A stretch of DNA of 64,000 nt from Elusimicrobiota bacterium (lineage in GTDB: Bacteria > Elusimicrobiota > Elusimicrobia > Elusimicrobiales > UBA9959), in assembly GCA_003482905.1 (NCBI GenBank), contig DMXM01000042.1, positions 2,398 to 66,397 on the forward strand, given 5' to 3'. Below, one piece after another: positions 1 to 6,669 of this stretch. The first letter of the stretch is position 1; the number at the start of each line of letters is the position of its first letter. Made by a program: the position numbers and the translations under genes. The notes beneath the pieces were generated by a model. The model made no database searches. It was given only the letters and a program-made list of their open reading frames with translations, and had not been told where the DNA came from.

Positions 1-2
1 GC

Positions 3-1445
3 ATCACCTTCCATCCGGTAGAATTCGAAGGAACGAAGTGGATATTTAAAGAGGCCATAGTCGGCAATCTTTACGACCGGCCCCGGGCACAGGTCGATCA
101 CAATGTGCCCTTCATTTCCAACGGCGCGGAGCTGGGGCGGCTGGAGTATGTGATAGACCTGGTGGATGTGAACGCGGCGGTGTTCGGGCAGAACTACGTG
201 CTGTTCATAACCGTGGTGGTCTTCTTTATCGGCCTGCTGGCTCTTTCCAATGTGGGGGCCATAAAAACTATTTTCAGCATAGAACACTGCGTGGACGAGA
301 CCAACGCCCTGGTGGCCGCCGGCGAGCATTCTAAAATACAGGATTCCATACAGCGCAACATCGAGTCCCTGCCGCAAAGTCTGAGGAACACGCCTTTTGC
401 GGTGCTTATAAGCCGCCTCGCCGAGGTGCTTCAAAAAGCTTCCAGACTGGAAAGCGAGCTGGCGGTTTCAAAGGCCACGGCGGACCTGGCCGCGCAGGTG
501 GCGCACGATATACGATCGCCATTGGCGGCCTTGGGGGCGGCGGCCAAAGGGCTTGATCTGCCGGAAGAGCAACGCAAGCTTATTGAGGGCGCCGTGGGGC
601 GCATGCAGGGCATAGCCGATGACCTGCTCAACCGCTACCGCGCGCCTTCAGCCGCGCAAGCCAGGGCCAAGCCCGCGCCGCATGATTTGAGCGGCCTTAT
701 AGAACAGGTATTGGCCGAGAAACGGCTGCAGCACAAAGATAAAACCGGCGTTAATATAGAATTCAACAACGACGCCGGGCAATTAAAAGCCCTGGTGGAA
801 CCGAAAGAACTGCAGCGCCTGCTGTCCAACCTGGTAAACAACTCGGTTGAGGCTTTTGAAAACAACGGCACGGTGACCGTCGGCCTGTCTTCTACTGATG
901 GCAAGGTTTTAATAGAAGTTAAGGACAACGGCAAAGGCATCTTGCCGGAAATACTCGCGAAGCTCGGCCAAAAAGGCGAGACGCACGGAAAAGCCGGCGG
1001 TAACGGGCTTGGCCTTTATCACGCGGTCACCGCGGTTGAGAGCTGGGGCGGCAATTTAAGGCTGGAGTCAGTATTAGGCAGCGGCACTACCGTAACCATA
1101 GAGCTGCCGCGCGTAAAAGCCGCAGGGTCGGTAGGGCCTACAGTGCTGCTGGACGACGATATGCTGGTGCATATGAACTGGAAGATGGCCGCCAATGCGT
1201 CGGGGGCGGAATTTAAGGCCTATAAGACCCCGCAAGACTTTGCCGCGGGCATTTCTGATCTGTCCAAAGACGCGGCCATTTATATAGATTCGGAACTCGG
1301 CAACGATATTAAAGGCGAGGACATCGCCAAAGACCTGCACGAAAAAGGATTTTCCAATATAACCATGGCCACCGGCCACAGCCCAGAGCAATTCGCCCAC
1401 CTCCCCTGGCTTAAAGTAACCGGCAAAGAACCCCCCTGGGCATAG
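3..1445 (+). CDS. Hybrid sensor histidine kinase (TM, HisKA, HATPase_c, C-terminal receiver); probably 5'-truncated by the window edge
   Basis: H-box AHDIRSPLAAL; N-box NLVNNSVEAF; G1 DNGKGI; G2 GNGLGL. C-terminal REC-like segment VLLDDD...IYIDSELG...MATGH...GKEPP. The track start is GTG at 105, but the same frame has no stop back to nt 3 and reads as ordinary protein sequence. Confidence 0.85.
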   Translation: MTFHPVEFEGTKWIFKEAIVGNLYDRPRAQVDHNVPFISNGAELGRLEYVIDLVDVNAAVFGQNYVLFITVVVFFIGLLALSNVGAIKTIFSIEHCVDETNALVAAGEHSKIQDSIQRNIESLPQSLRNTPFAVLISRLAEVLQKASRLESELAVSKATADLAAQVAHDIRSPLAALGAAAKGLDLPEEQRKLIEGAVGRMQGIADDLLNRYRAPSAAQARAKPAPHDLSGLIEQVLAEKRLQHKDKTGVNIEFNNDAGQLKALVEPKELQRLLSNLVNNSVEAFENNGTVTVGLSSTDGKVLIEVKDNGKGILPEILAKLGQKGETHGKAGGNGLGLYHAVTAVESWGGNLRLESVLGSGTTVTIELPRVKAAGSVGPTVLLDDDMLVHMNWKMAANASGAEFKAYKTPQDFAAGISDLSKDAAIYIDSELGNDIKGEDIAKDLHEKGFSNITMATGHSPEQFAHLPWLKVTGKEPPWA

Positions 1446-1494
1446 CGGCCAGGCTTGCGAATAAGACGCGGGTATGGGGTTGTAAACACATCGC

Positions 1495-1539
1495 CTTTCT
1501 TTTCATTTGAGAATAAATATTCTCAAATGAAAATGTTTT
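1495..1539. promoter_or_regulatory. Putative enhancer (UAS) for the local sigma-54 activator: 45-bp block identical to 5295-5339, with a 34-bp near-perfect palindrome at its core (1500-1533)
   Basis: TTTTCATTTGAGAATAAATATTCTCAAATGAAAA; the arms pair perfectly from 1500/1533 inward except for the central AA. It lies about 80 bp upstream of the -24 element. Confidence 0.7.
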
Positions 1540-1596
1540 ATCCCGATTTCCTGACCATATTCCCTTAACAATGCGAGTTTTGGCCTGTTTTAGGCT

Positions 1597-1612
1597 TGGC
1601 ATAAGTATTGCT
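1597..1612 (+). promoter_or_regulatory. Sigma-54 (-24/-12) promoter
   Basis: TGGCAT-AAGTA-TTGCT matches TGGCAC-N5-TTGCW. The first ATG (1657) is about 45 nt downstream of the -12 element. The extended sequence TTGGCATAA..ATTGCTCT is shared with 5417 and 8142. Confidence 0.8.
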
Positions 1613-1656
1613 CTGTAGGGGGTGCAGGCAGTAAAAAAATAACCTGGAGGGGAATT

Positions 1657-1749
1657 ATGAAGATAAAACTGATAAAAGATGTGGAGCGGCGCGGGATATT
1701 CTACGGGTCAAGGAATTTCTGCACTGGATTCTGTAATCTTAAGCTCTAA
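1657..1749 (+). CDS. 30-aa candidate RiPP precursor peptide MKIKLIKDVERRGIFYGSRNFCTGFCNLKL (not in the ORF track)
   Basis: GGAGG (1646-1650) lies 6 nt before the ATG. The TAA stop is immediately followed by the ATG of the radical SAM gene. The C-terminal FCTGFC motif sits in a small peptide next to a SPASM enzyme. Confidence 0.6.
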   Translation: MKIKLIKDVERRGIFYGSRNFCTGFCNLKL

Positions 1750-3093
1750 ATGGGCGCGGCTGGCAGATCCATGCCGGGAGCTGTGAGGCCCGGCATGGAT
1801 CAAAAAATGGACAATATGAAAAACCTAAAACCTTCCGTATACAATGAAACTATAAATGAGGGCGACAAAACTTACCTCTATAACTTTTACAGCGGCGCTA
1901 TTGTGGAAATGGAGGGTGGCGCGCAGTTGGAGGCAGCCGGAGTTTCCATGCAAGACGCAGCTTTGCTGAAAGAGAAAGGGTTCCTGGTGGATAAAAATAT
2001 TGACGAACTGAAGAGGTTGGAATTCTCGTATTTGTCCGGCAAGTTCAATAAAAGTTCTTTAGGGCTAACTCTTTGCACCACGCTCGAGTGCAATTTCAGC
2101 TGTCCTTATTGCTATGAAGGGAAGAGCCGGACCGGCTCGGCCATGAGCCCCGAAGTCATAACCAAGATTTTAGAATTCGTCCGGATGAAGCTGAAGGACA
2201 ACAACATAAACACACTGTACGTGAATTTCCTGGGCGGGGAAGCCCTGCTCAGGCTGGACGTACTCAGCGCGGTCCTGGCGGGCCTGAAAGCGGAGGCCGC
2301 GAGAAAGAACGTGGTGCTAGTTGCCGGGCTGGTAACCAACGGCTACTTGCTGGACGAGGCCATGAAAGTTATAGACATGCCGGGGGACATACAGAGTGTA
2401 CAGGTGACGTTCGACGGTTTTGGCGTCAGTCATGACAAGATGCGGCGGCTTGCAGGCGGTATAGGCAGCTTTGAACGGATATTCGCCAACATGGTACTTG
2501 CGCTGGAAAAAGGCGTGCGCGTCGCCGCCAGGTATAACCTGACCGGAGACAATGCCACCGACGCGACGCTGCTTATAGACAAGCTGGCCGGGCTTGAAAA
2601 AAAGCCGTTGCTCTACTTTGGGCATGTCAGCGCGGTCGGGAGTGCGGACACCTGCAAGTCCGTTTCCTGCATGAGCCGCATGGACTATTCTAAGGCGGAC
2701 CTAAAGCTGGCCCGGTATGCGGCGTCAAAAGGCGTAAAGACTGACTTCATGCCCGTCGGCAAGGGGAACTACTGCACTGCGGACGCGGTGAACGGGTTTA
2801 CCATAGACCCGGAGGGGGACATCTATAAATGCTGGAGTTCCGTAGGCAGAAAAGAATTAGCCTGCGGCAGCGTGCTGGTGGCCGCACCGGAAGAATGCAT
2901 AACCGACGAGAGCCGCTACTACATGTACACCATGGACAATCCTTTCCAGGATACCTGCGCGTCCTGCAAGCTGCTGCCTATCTGCATGGGCGGCTGCCCG
3001 GTAGAAAGACAGGCCGGTGGCAGGCAGTGCTCGAAATTTAAATTCCAGGACATGGAATTTATAAAATTATACACGGAAGGGGTTTTAAGATGA
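1750..3093 (+). CDS. Radical SAM / SPASM-domain peptide-modifying enzyme with an N-terminal ~90-aa extension (RRE-like)
   Basis: CNFSCPYC (CxxxCxxC). SPASM signature CTADAVNGFTIDPEGDIYKC (Cx13Gx4C) and CASCKLLPICMGGC (Cx2Cx5Cx3C). Alternative internal starts exist at 1795, 1807 and 1816. Confidence 0.9.
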   Translation: MGAAGRSMPGAVRPGMDQKMDNMKNLKPSVYNETINEGDKTYLYNFYSGAIVEMEGGAQLEAAGVSMQDAALLKEKGFLVDKNIDELKRLEFSYLSGKFNKSSLGLTLCTTLECNFSCPYCYEGKSRTGSAMSPEVITKILEFVRMKLKDNNINTLYVNFLGGEALLRLDVLSAVLAGLKAEAARKNVVLVAGLVTNGYLLDEAMKVIDMPGDIQSVQVTFDGFGVSHDKMRRLAGGIGSFERIFANMVLALEKGVRVAARYNLTGDNATDATLLIDKLAGLEKKPLLYFGHVSAVGSADTCKSVSCMSRMDYSKADLKLARYAASKGVKTDFMPVGKGNYCTADAVNGFTIDPEGDIYKCWSSVGRKELACGSVLVAAPEECITDESRYYMYTMDNPFQDTCASCKLLPICMGGCPVERQAGGRQCSKFKFQDMEFIKLYTEGVLR

Positions 3094-4313
3094 GAAACTT
3101 TTACTTTCTTTTTTTCGCACAGATGGTATCCCTCAGCGGTAGCGTGTTAAACTCGGTGGTTTCGATGTTCTGGGTTTACAGCATAACAGGCTCACTGTCT
3201 GGTTCTATACTCTCTGGCTTCTTTCCGGTAGCGGTGTACTTCCTGATCTCCACTTTCGCGGCCGCCATGGTGGAGCGGGGGAGTAAAAAGAATTACGTGC
3301 TCCTGGGCGAGGCCGCGCAGGCTTTGGTTTTCCTGGCGTTCTTTGTAATGGCCAAGTACGGGATAAAAAATATTTACGCTGTGTACGCCCTGCAGGGGAT
3401 AGTCGGCCTGGCGAGCGCTTTCTTCTCCCCGGCTATGGCGGCCTGGGAAATGGAATATATAAGGGATGTGTATCGCAAGATGGCCGGGAAGATTCACGCA
3501 GCCATGGCCGTACTAAACCTTTTATTCACGCTTGCCGGAGGCCTTCTGGCCGCCCGCGTGCCGTTCCATTACATCTTCCTCTACAACGCTGCTTCCTTCG
3601 GCGCGGCGTTCTTGATAGAGGTTTTTATCCGGGAGCCGGCGCGGGGTGCGCCTAAAGCGGAGGTGGCGGGCCGGACCCGCCTGCTTTCCGAAATGGCCGA
3701 GGGGTTTAGGTATGTAATCGCGGAAAAACCCGCGGTATTTTCCAGCATTCTGATGCTTTCAATGATAAATATGTTCTTCGCGCCGTTGGCCAACGTCATG
3801 CCGGTGTTTGTCAAGGCCGGGCTAAATCTCGGCCCAGACGCTTTCAGTTATGCCATGATTGCCAGCATGGCCGGGTCCATGGCCGCAGGGTTCTCTGTGA
3901 ATAAGGTTGGCCGATTGAACATTTCCATGCTCCTGCTTTTCTGCGTAGTGGACGCGGGATTGTGCTTTCTTATGTACTTCCTTACCGGCCTTGGCGCCCT
4001 ATTGCTGGTCATGATGGTGGTGGGATTCATCGTCAGCCTCATGACCATAGCGGTAAAGATAGAGGTCAGCACCGTAAAGCCCGAATATTACTGTAAGGTT
4101 CAGGCTCTCAGCGAGAACATTTCCGGTCTGCTGGTGCCGGTGGGAATAGTGATAATGTCGGTGCTGGCCGGTGCTGGCGGGGTGAGGACGCCATTCTTGT
4201 TCTCGGGCATCGCCCTGCTAGCGGTAGCGGGGCTGGTCAGGCTTCTGATATTCTCCGGCAGGTTCGGGAGGATCCTTGCCGCGCAAGGTTCCACGGCCTC
4301 GGGAGGGATATGA
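3090..4313 (+). CDS. MFS-type transporter (multi-TM), putative exporter
   Basis: About 12 hydrophobic segments across 407 aa. ATGA overlap with the radical SAM stop codon. Resembles MFS_3/EntS-like exporters in general architecture only. Confidence 0.7.
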   Translation: MRNFYFLFFAQMVSLSGSVLNSVVSMFWVYSITGSLSGSILSGFFPVAVYFLISTFAAAMVERGSKKNYVLLGEAAQALVFLAFFVMAKYGIKNIYAVYALQGIVGLASAFFSPAMAAWEMEYIRDVYRKMAGKIHAAMAVLNLLFTLAGGLLAARVPFHYIFLYNAASFGAAFLIEVFIREPARGAPKAEVAGRTRLLSEMAEGFRYVIAEKPAVFSSILMLSMINMFFAPLANVMPVFVKAGLNLGPDAFSYAMIASMAGSMAAGFSVNKVGRLNISMLLLFCVVDAGLCFLMYFLTGLGALLLVMMVVGFIVSLMTIAVKIEVSTVKPEYYCKVQALSENISGLLVPVGIVIMSVLAGAGGVRTPFLFSGIALLAVAGLVRLLIFSGRFGRILAAQGSTASGGI

Positions 4314-4486
4314 ATATTATAGCGTCGCTGCTGCAGATCCTGGGAGGAAATTGCATGGCCGCTGAAACTAAAGGCTGGGAATTCAAAGCGTCGGGGGACT
4401 CGGAGATACGGGTGGGGACCGAGGTCGGCGGGGTGGTATTCCCGGCCGCAGGGAGGGCGGTGGAAGCGGAACTGACGGGGGAATAA
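4310..4486 (+). CDS. 58-aa ORF, a truncated paralogue of the N-terminus of the downstream DUF4097-like protein (possible gene remnant; not in the ORF track)
   Basis: MNIIASLLQILGGNCMAAETKGWEFKASGDSEIRVGTEVGGVVFPAAGRAVEAELTGE aligns with MGYLGIIMIFLGGNCMATKNTNNWEFKAADVAVIQVETDSGEVVLEAAEGEVIKVEVTGE. The nucleotide block CTGGGAGGAAATTG(C/T)ATGGC is shared. ATGA overlap with the MFS stop. Confidence 0.45.
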   Translation: MNIIASLLQILGGNCMAAETKGWEFKASGDSEIRVGTEVGGVVFPAAGRAVEAELTGE

Positions 4487-4512
4487 TTATCCGCCGGATT
4501 GGAGGAAGGTAT

Positions 4513-5241
4513 ATGGGGTATTTAGGGATCATAATGATATTTCTGGGAGGAAATTGTATGGCTACGAAAAACACTAATAATTGGGAATTCAAGGCGGCGG
4601 ATGTGGCGGTTATTCAGGTAGAGACCGATTCCGGCGAGGTGGTCCTGGAAGCGGCGGAGGGAGAGGTTATAAAGGTGGAAGTAACCGGAGAATATGATGC
4701 TGACAAATGCGAGGTTTCAGCTGCGCTCAGCGGCTCAAAACTTATGGCGTCGGCAAAGGGTAAAAAGAAATGGTTCTGGAACAGCGCCAACTGCAAAGCG
4801 GGTTTCAGGATCACCGCGCCAGCGGGAAAGAAACTGATAGTGAGATCCGGCGCCGGCAAGGCCGGGCTTGCCGGGTTTGCGGCGGGAGCGGATGTGTTTT
4901 CGGGCGCCGGAAGCATAGAATTCAAGGGTGTTTCCGGTCCGATAAGCGTCAAAAGCGGCGCGGGCACCATAAAAGGCGATATCTACTCTGAAGAATTCAG
5001 CGCCAGTGTCGGGGCTGGGGCCATCGATCTTTCCTGGAATAAGGCGCCTGAAAAAGGCAGGGCGGATATAAAAACCGGCGCCGGGGGAGTAACTCTGGCC
5101 TTCCCGGCCGATAGCAGAATAAACGTAAATTACAAGGCGGGCGTCGGGAATCTGAGCAATGAGCTTGGGAGTGATCCCTCGGCCGGGTTTAATGTGGATG
5201 TTAAAAGCGGCGCGGGCAGCCTTAGCATAAAGAAACGGTAG
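4513..5241 (+). CDS. DUF4097/LiaG-like beta-strand-repeat protein with a short hydrophobic N-terminus
   Basis: Repeated (V/I)K(S/T)GAG-x-(I/L/V) strands: VKSGAGTIKGD, VGAGAIDLSW, IKTGAGGVTLAF, VKSGAGSLSIKK. GGAGGA lies 7 nt before ATG 4513. An alternative start at 4558 also has an SD. Confidence 0.7.
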   Translation: MGYLGIIMIFLGGNCMATKNTNNWEFKAADVAVIQVETDSGEVVLEAAEGEVIKVEVTGEYDADKCEVSAALSGSKLMASAKGKKKWFWNSANCKAGFRITAPAGKKLIVRSGAGKAGLAGFAAGADVFSGAGSIEFKGVSGPISVKSGAGTIKGDIYSEEFSASVGAGAIDLSWNKAPEKGRADIKTGAGGVTLAFPADSRINVNYKAGVGNLSNELGSDPSAGFNVDVKSGAGSLSIKKR

Positions 5242-5263
5242 TTATTGCTGAGACGGAGCATCA

Positions 5264-5304
5264 AAGAGGCGAACTGGAAGGAACCAGCTCGCCTCTTTCT
5301 TTTC
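5264..5304 (+). terminator. Rho-independent terminator after the DUF4097-like gene
   Basis: 14-bp stem AAGAGGCGAACTGG / CCAGCTCGCCTCTT (one mismatch), 6-nt loop, then TCTTTTC. The 3' arm runs into the repeated enhancer block. Confidence 0.6.
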
Positions 5305-5339
5305 ATTTGAGAATAAATATTCTCAAATGAAAATGTTTT
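5295..5339. promoter_or_regulatory. Second copy of the 45-bp enhancer block (palindrome 5300-5333)
   Basis: Identical base for base to 1495-1539. It lies about 100 bp upstream of the -24 element at 5418. Confidence 0.7.
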
Positions 5340-5417
5340 GGACCGCGTTTAAACGTATTTCCCAATAAAATCAGCGGTTTCGCCGATAAAAGGCTGGTTT
5401 GGGCCGCGGCTTTATGT

Positions 5418-5433
5418 TGGCATAATAATTGCT
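5418..5433 (+). promoter_or_regulatory. Sigma-54 (-24/-12) promoter
   Basis: TGGCAT-AATAA-TTGCT. The first usable ATG downstream is 5474. Confidence 0.8.
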
Positions 5434-5473
5434 CTGTAGCGGGTGTAAGCGAAACCGACTAAAGGATAAAAAA

Positions 5474-5659
5474 ATGAAAACCAAGACGATAATGGCGGCG
5501 GTAATAACCGGGATGGCGGTATTGATGATAGCCGGCATGGCGAATATGCCGTCCCAAAGCAGCCTAGCGGCGGGATCTGACGGTTCAAAAAGAATATCCC
5601 AGCGGTCGGGCGGCGCGGCCGGGGCCAGCCTGGCAATGGTTTATTACGCCGAAAAATAA
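5474..5659 (+). CDS. 61-aa small secreted/membrane protein (signal-peptide-like N-terminus)
   Basis: MKTKTIMAAVITGMAVLMIAGMA... The track start at 5429 lies inside the -12 promoter element, so the ATG at 5474 (same frame) is used. Confidence 0.5.
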   Translation: MKTKTIMAAVITGMAVLMIAGMANMPSQSSLAAGSDGSKRISQRSGGAAGASLAMVYYAEK

Positions 5660-5764
5660 AGTACGCGGTGCAATAAAACTATTTTGCGAATAATGCGGGC
5701 GGGCTGTTGCGGCAAGCGGGGGTAGGACGGCCCGCCCCATAGATCTAAAGACAATGGAGATAAC

Positions 5765-6331
5765 ATGAAGGATAGGATGAGAGCTGCGGGCGGGGTGATA
5801 TTGGCGGCGGCGGTTATTTTTGGCGCCGCCGCGGCGCGGGCTGAAATTGCCGTGGATATGCGCGGTGGCGGCCACATGCGGCTGGCTGCAGATGGTGGCG
5901 CGGCGCGCCGCGCCGCCCTGCTGGAAAATATTTCAGGCGCGGTGGACCGCCTGGCCGCCGCCGGGGATATGGCTGAAAAAGAAGTGCTGCTGGCCGGTTT
6001 ATACGCCGGTTCCACGCCGGCCGGGGCCGCCCCGGCGGTTAACGTAGAGGCCGTCCGCCTTCCGGCCGCAAGCGCGGCCAAGGCCGCGCCCGCCTCCGGG
6101 GCAAGGTCGGCCGTTGGGGAATTGGGTGCCGAAGCGCCGTCCGGCGCGGACGGTGAGGCGCCCGAGGTCTCTGGCGGGGAGCCCGAGGAGGATGAGGAGA
6201 CGGAGGCAGGTTATGCCTTCTCCGGATACCATGGCGCCGACGACGCCGATAAGCCGACCTTCGGCAGCATGCTGCTGGCCGCCGCCATAGGCCTGCTGGT
6301 GGTGGCTTTCTTCGTGCTGATACTGATCTAA
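5765..6331 (+). CDS. Ala/Gly/Glu-rich hypothetical protein with an N-terminal signal peptide and a C-terminal TM anchor
   Basis: N-terminus GGVILAAAVIFGAAAARA; acidic stretch GGEPEEDEETE; C-terminus MLLAAAIGLLVVAFFVLILI. GGAG SD before the ATG. Confidence 0.55.
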   Translation: MKDRMRAAGGVILAAAVIFGAAAARAEIAVDMRGGGHMRLAADGGAARRAALLENISGAVDRLAAAGDMAEKEVLLAGLYAGSTPAGAAPAVNVEAVRLPAASAAKAAPASGARSAVGELGAEAPSGADGEAPEVSGGEPEEDEETEAGYAFSGYHGADDADKPTFGSMLLAAAIGLLVVAFFVLILI

Positions 6332-6491
6332 GGGCTCGTCAAGAAATAACTGACACAATTTGAAGGCCCGTCTTTGGCCGATTCCTTCGTTGCTCCTCAC
6401 TCACAGACCGCCGGTATGCTCGTTCGTCGCGCCTCGGACTCGGCTCAAATCCAGACCCCCAAATCGCGCCATTTATTTCTTGACGAGCCCT
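6331..6491. repeat. 19-bp perfect inverted repeat bracketing a 123-bp spacer between convergent genes
   Basis: AGGGCTCGTCAAGAAATAA (6331-6349) is the exact reverse complement of 6473-6491. Both flanking stop codons touch the arms. Confidence 0.8.
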
Positions 6492-6669
6492 AAGCGGTTT
6501 TGCCCAGCGCCTGGACGGTCTTCGCTATCTCGTCGGCGGCCGCGGTCATAAGGGCCAGCATCTCTTTTTTTTCTCCGGCGGAGCAGTCCTTGTAAAGGTC
6601 CGCGGCGCTTTTGAGGCTGGCGCATTTGGATTTAAGGTCGTGCAGAAGTTTTGTGAGATCAGCGGTCAT
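6490..6669 (-). CDS. 59-aa helical ORF coupled to the activator gene; possible mini-HPt-like phosphotransfer protein (not in the ORF track)
   Basis: MTADLTKLLHDLKSKCASLKSAADLYKDCSAGEKKEMLALMTAAADEIAKTVQALGKTA. Its ATG overlaps the bEBP stop (ATGA at 6666-6669). LLHDLKSKCASL resembles the HPt H-x-L-K-G/S motif. Confidence 0.45.
   Translation of the reverse strand: MTADLTKLLHDLKSKCASLKSAADLYKDCSAGEKKEMLALMTAAADEIAKTVQALGKTA

Noticed and set aside
1750-3093. Radical SAM enzyme as an anaerobic sulfatase-maturating enzyme (anSME)
   Set aside because: No sulfatase gene is nearby. The CxxxCxxC motif is preceded by about 90+ residues, whereas anSMEs start almost at the motif. A coupled 30-aa Cys peptide ORF sits directly upstream. 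This still needs HMM confirmation.
5765-6331. PEP-CTERM or sortase-type sorting signal at the C-terminus
   Set aside because: The C-terminal TM helix is not preceded by a PEP or LPXTG motif, and it lacks the basic tail.
6360-6551. 63-aa + strand ORF inside the inverted-repeat spacer
   Set aside because: It has no SD, it runs through the right repeat arm into the convergent 59-aa ORF, and it has a Pro/Arg/Ser-rich composition.
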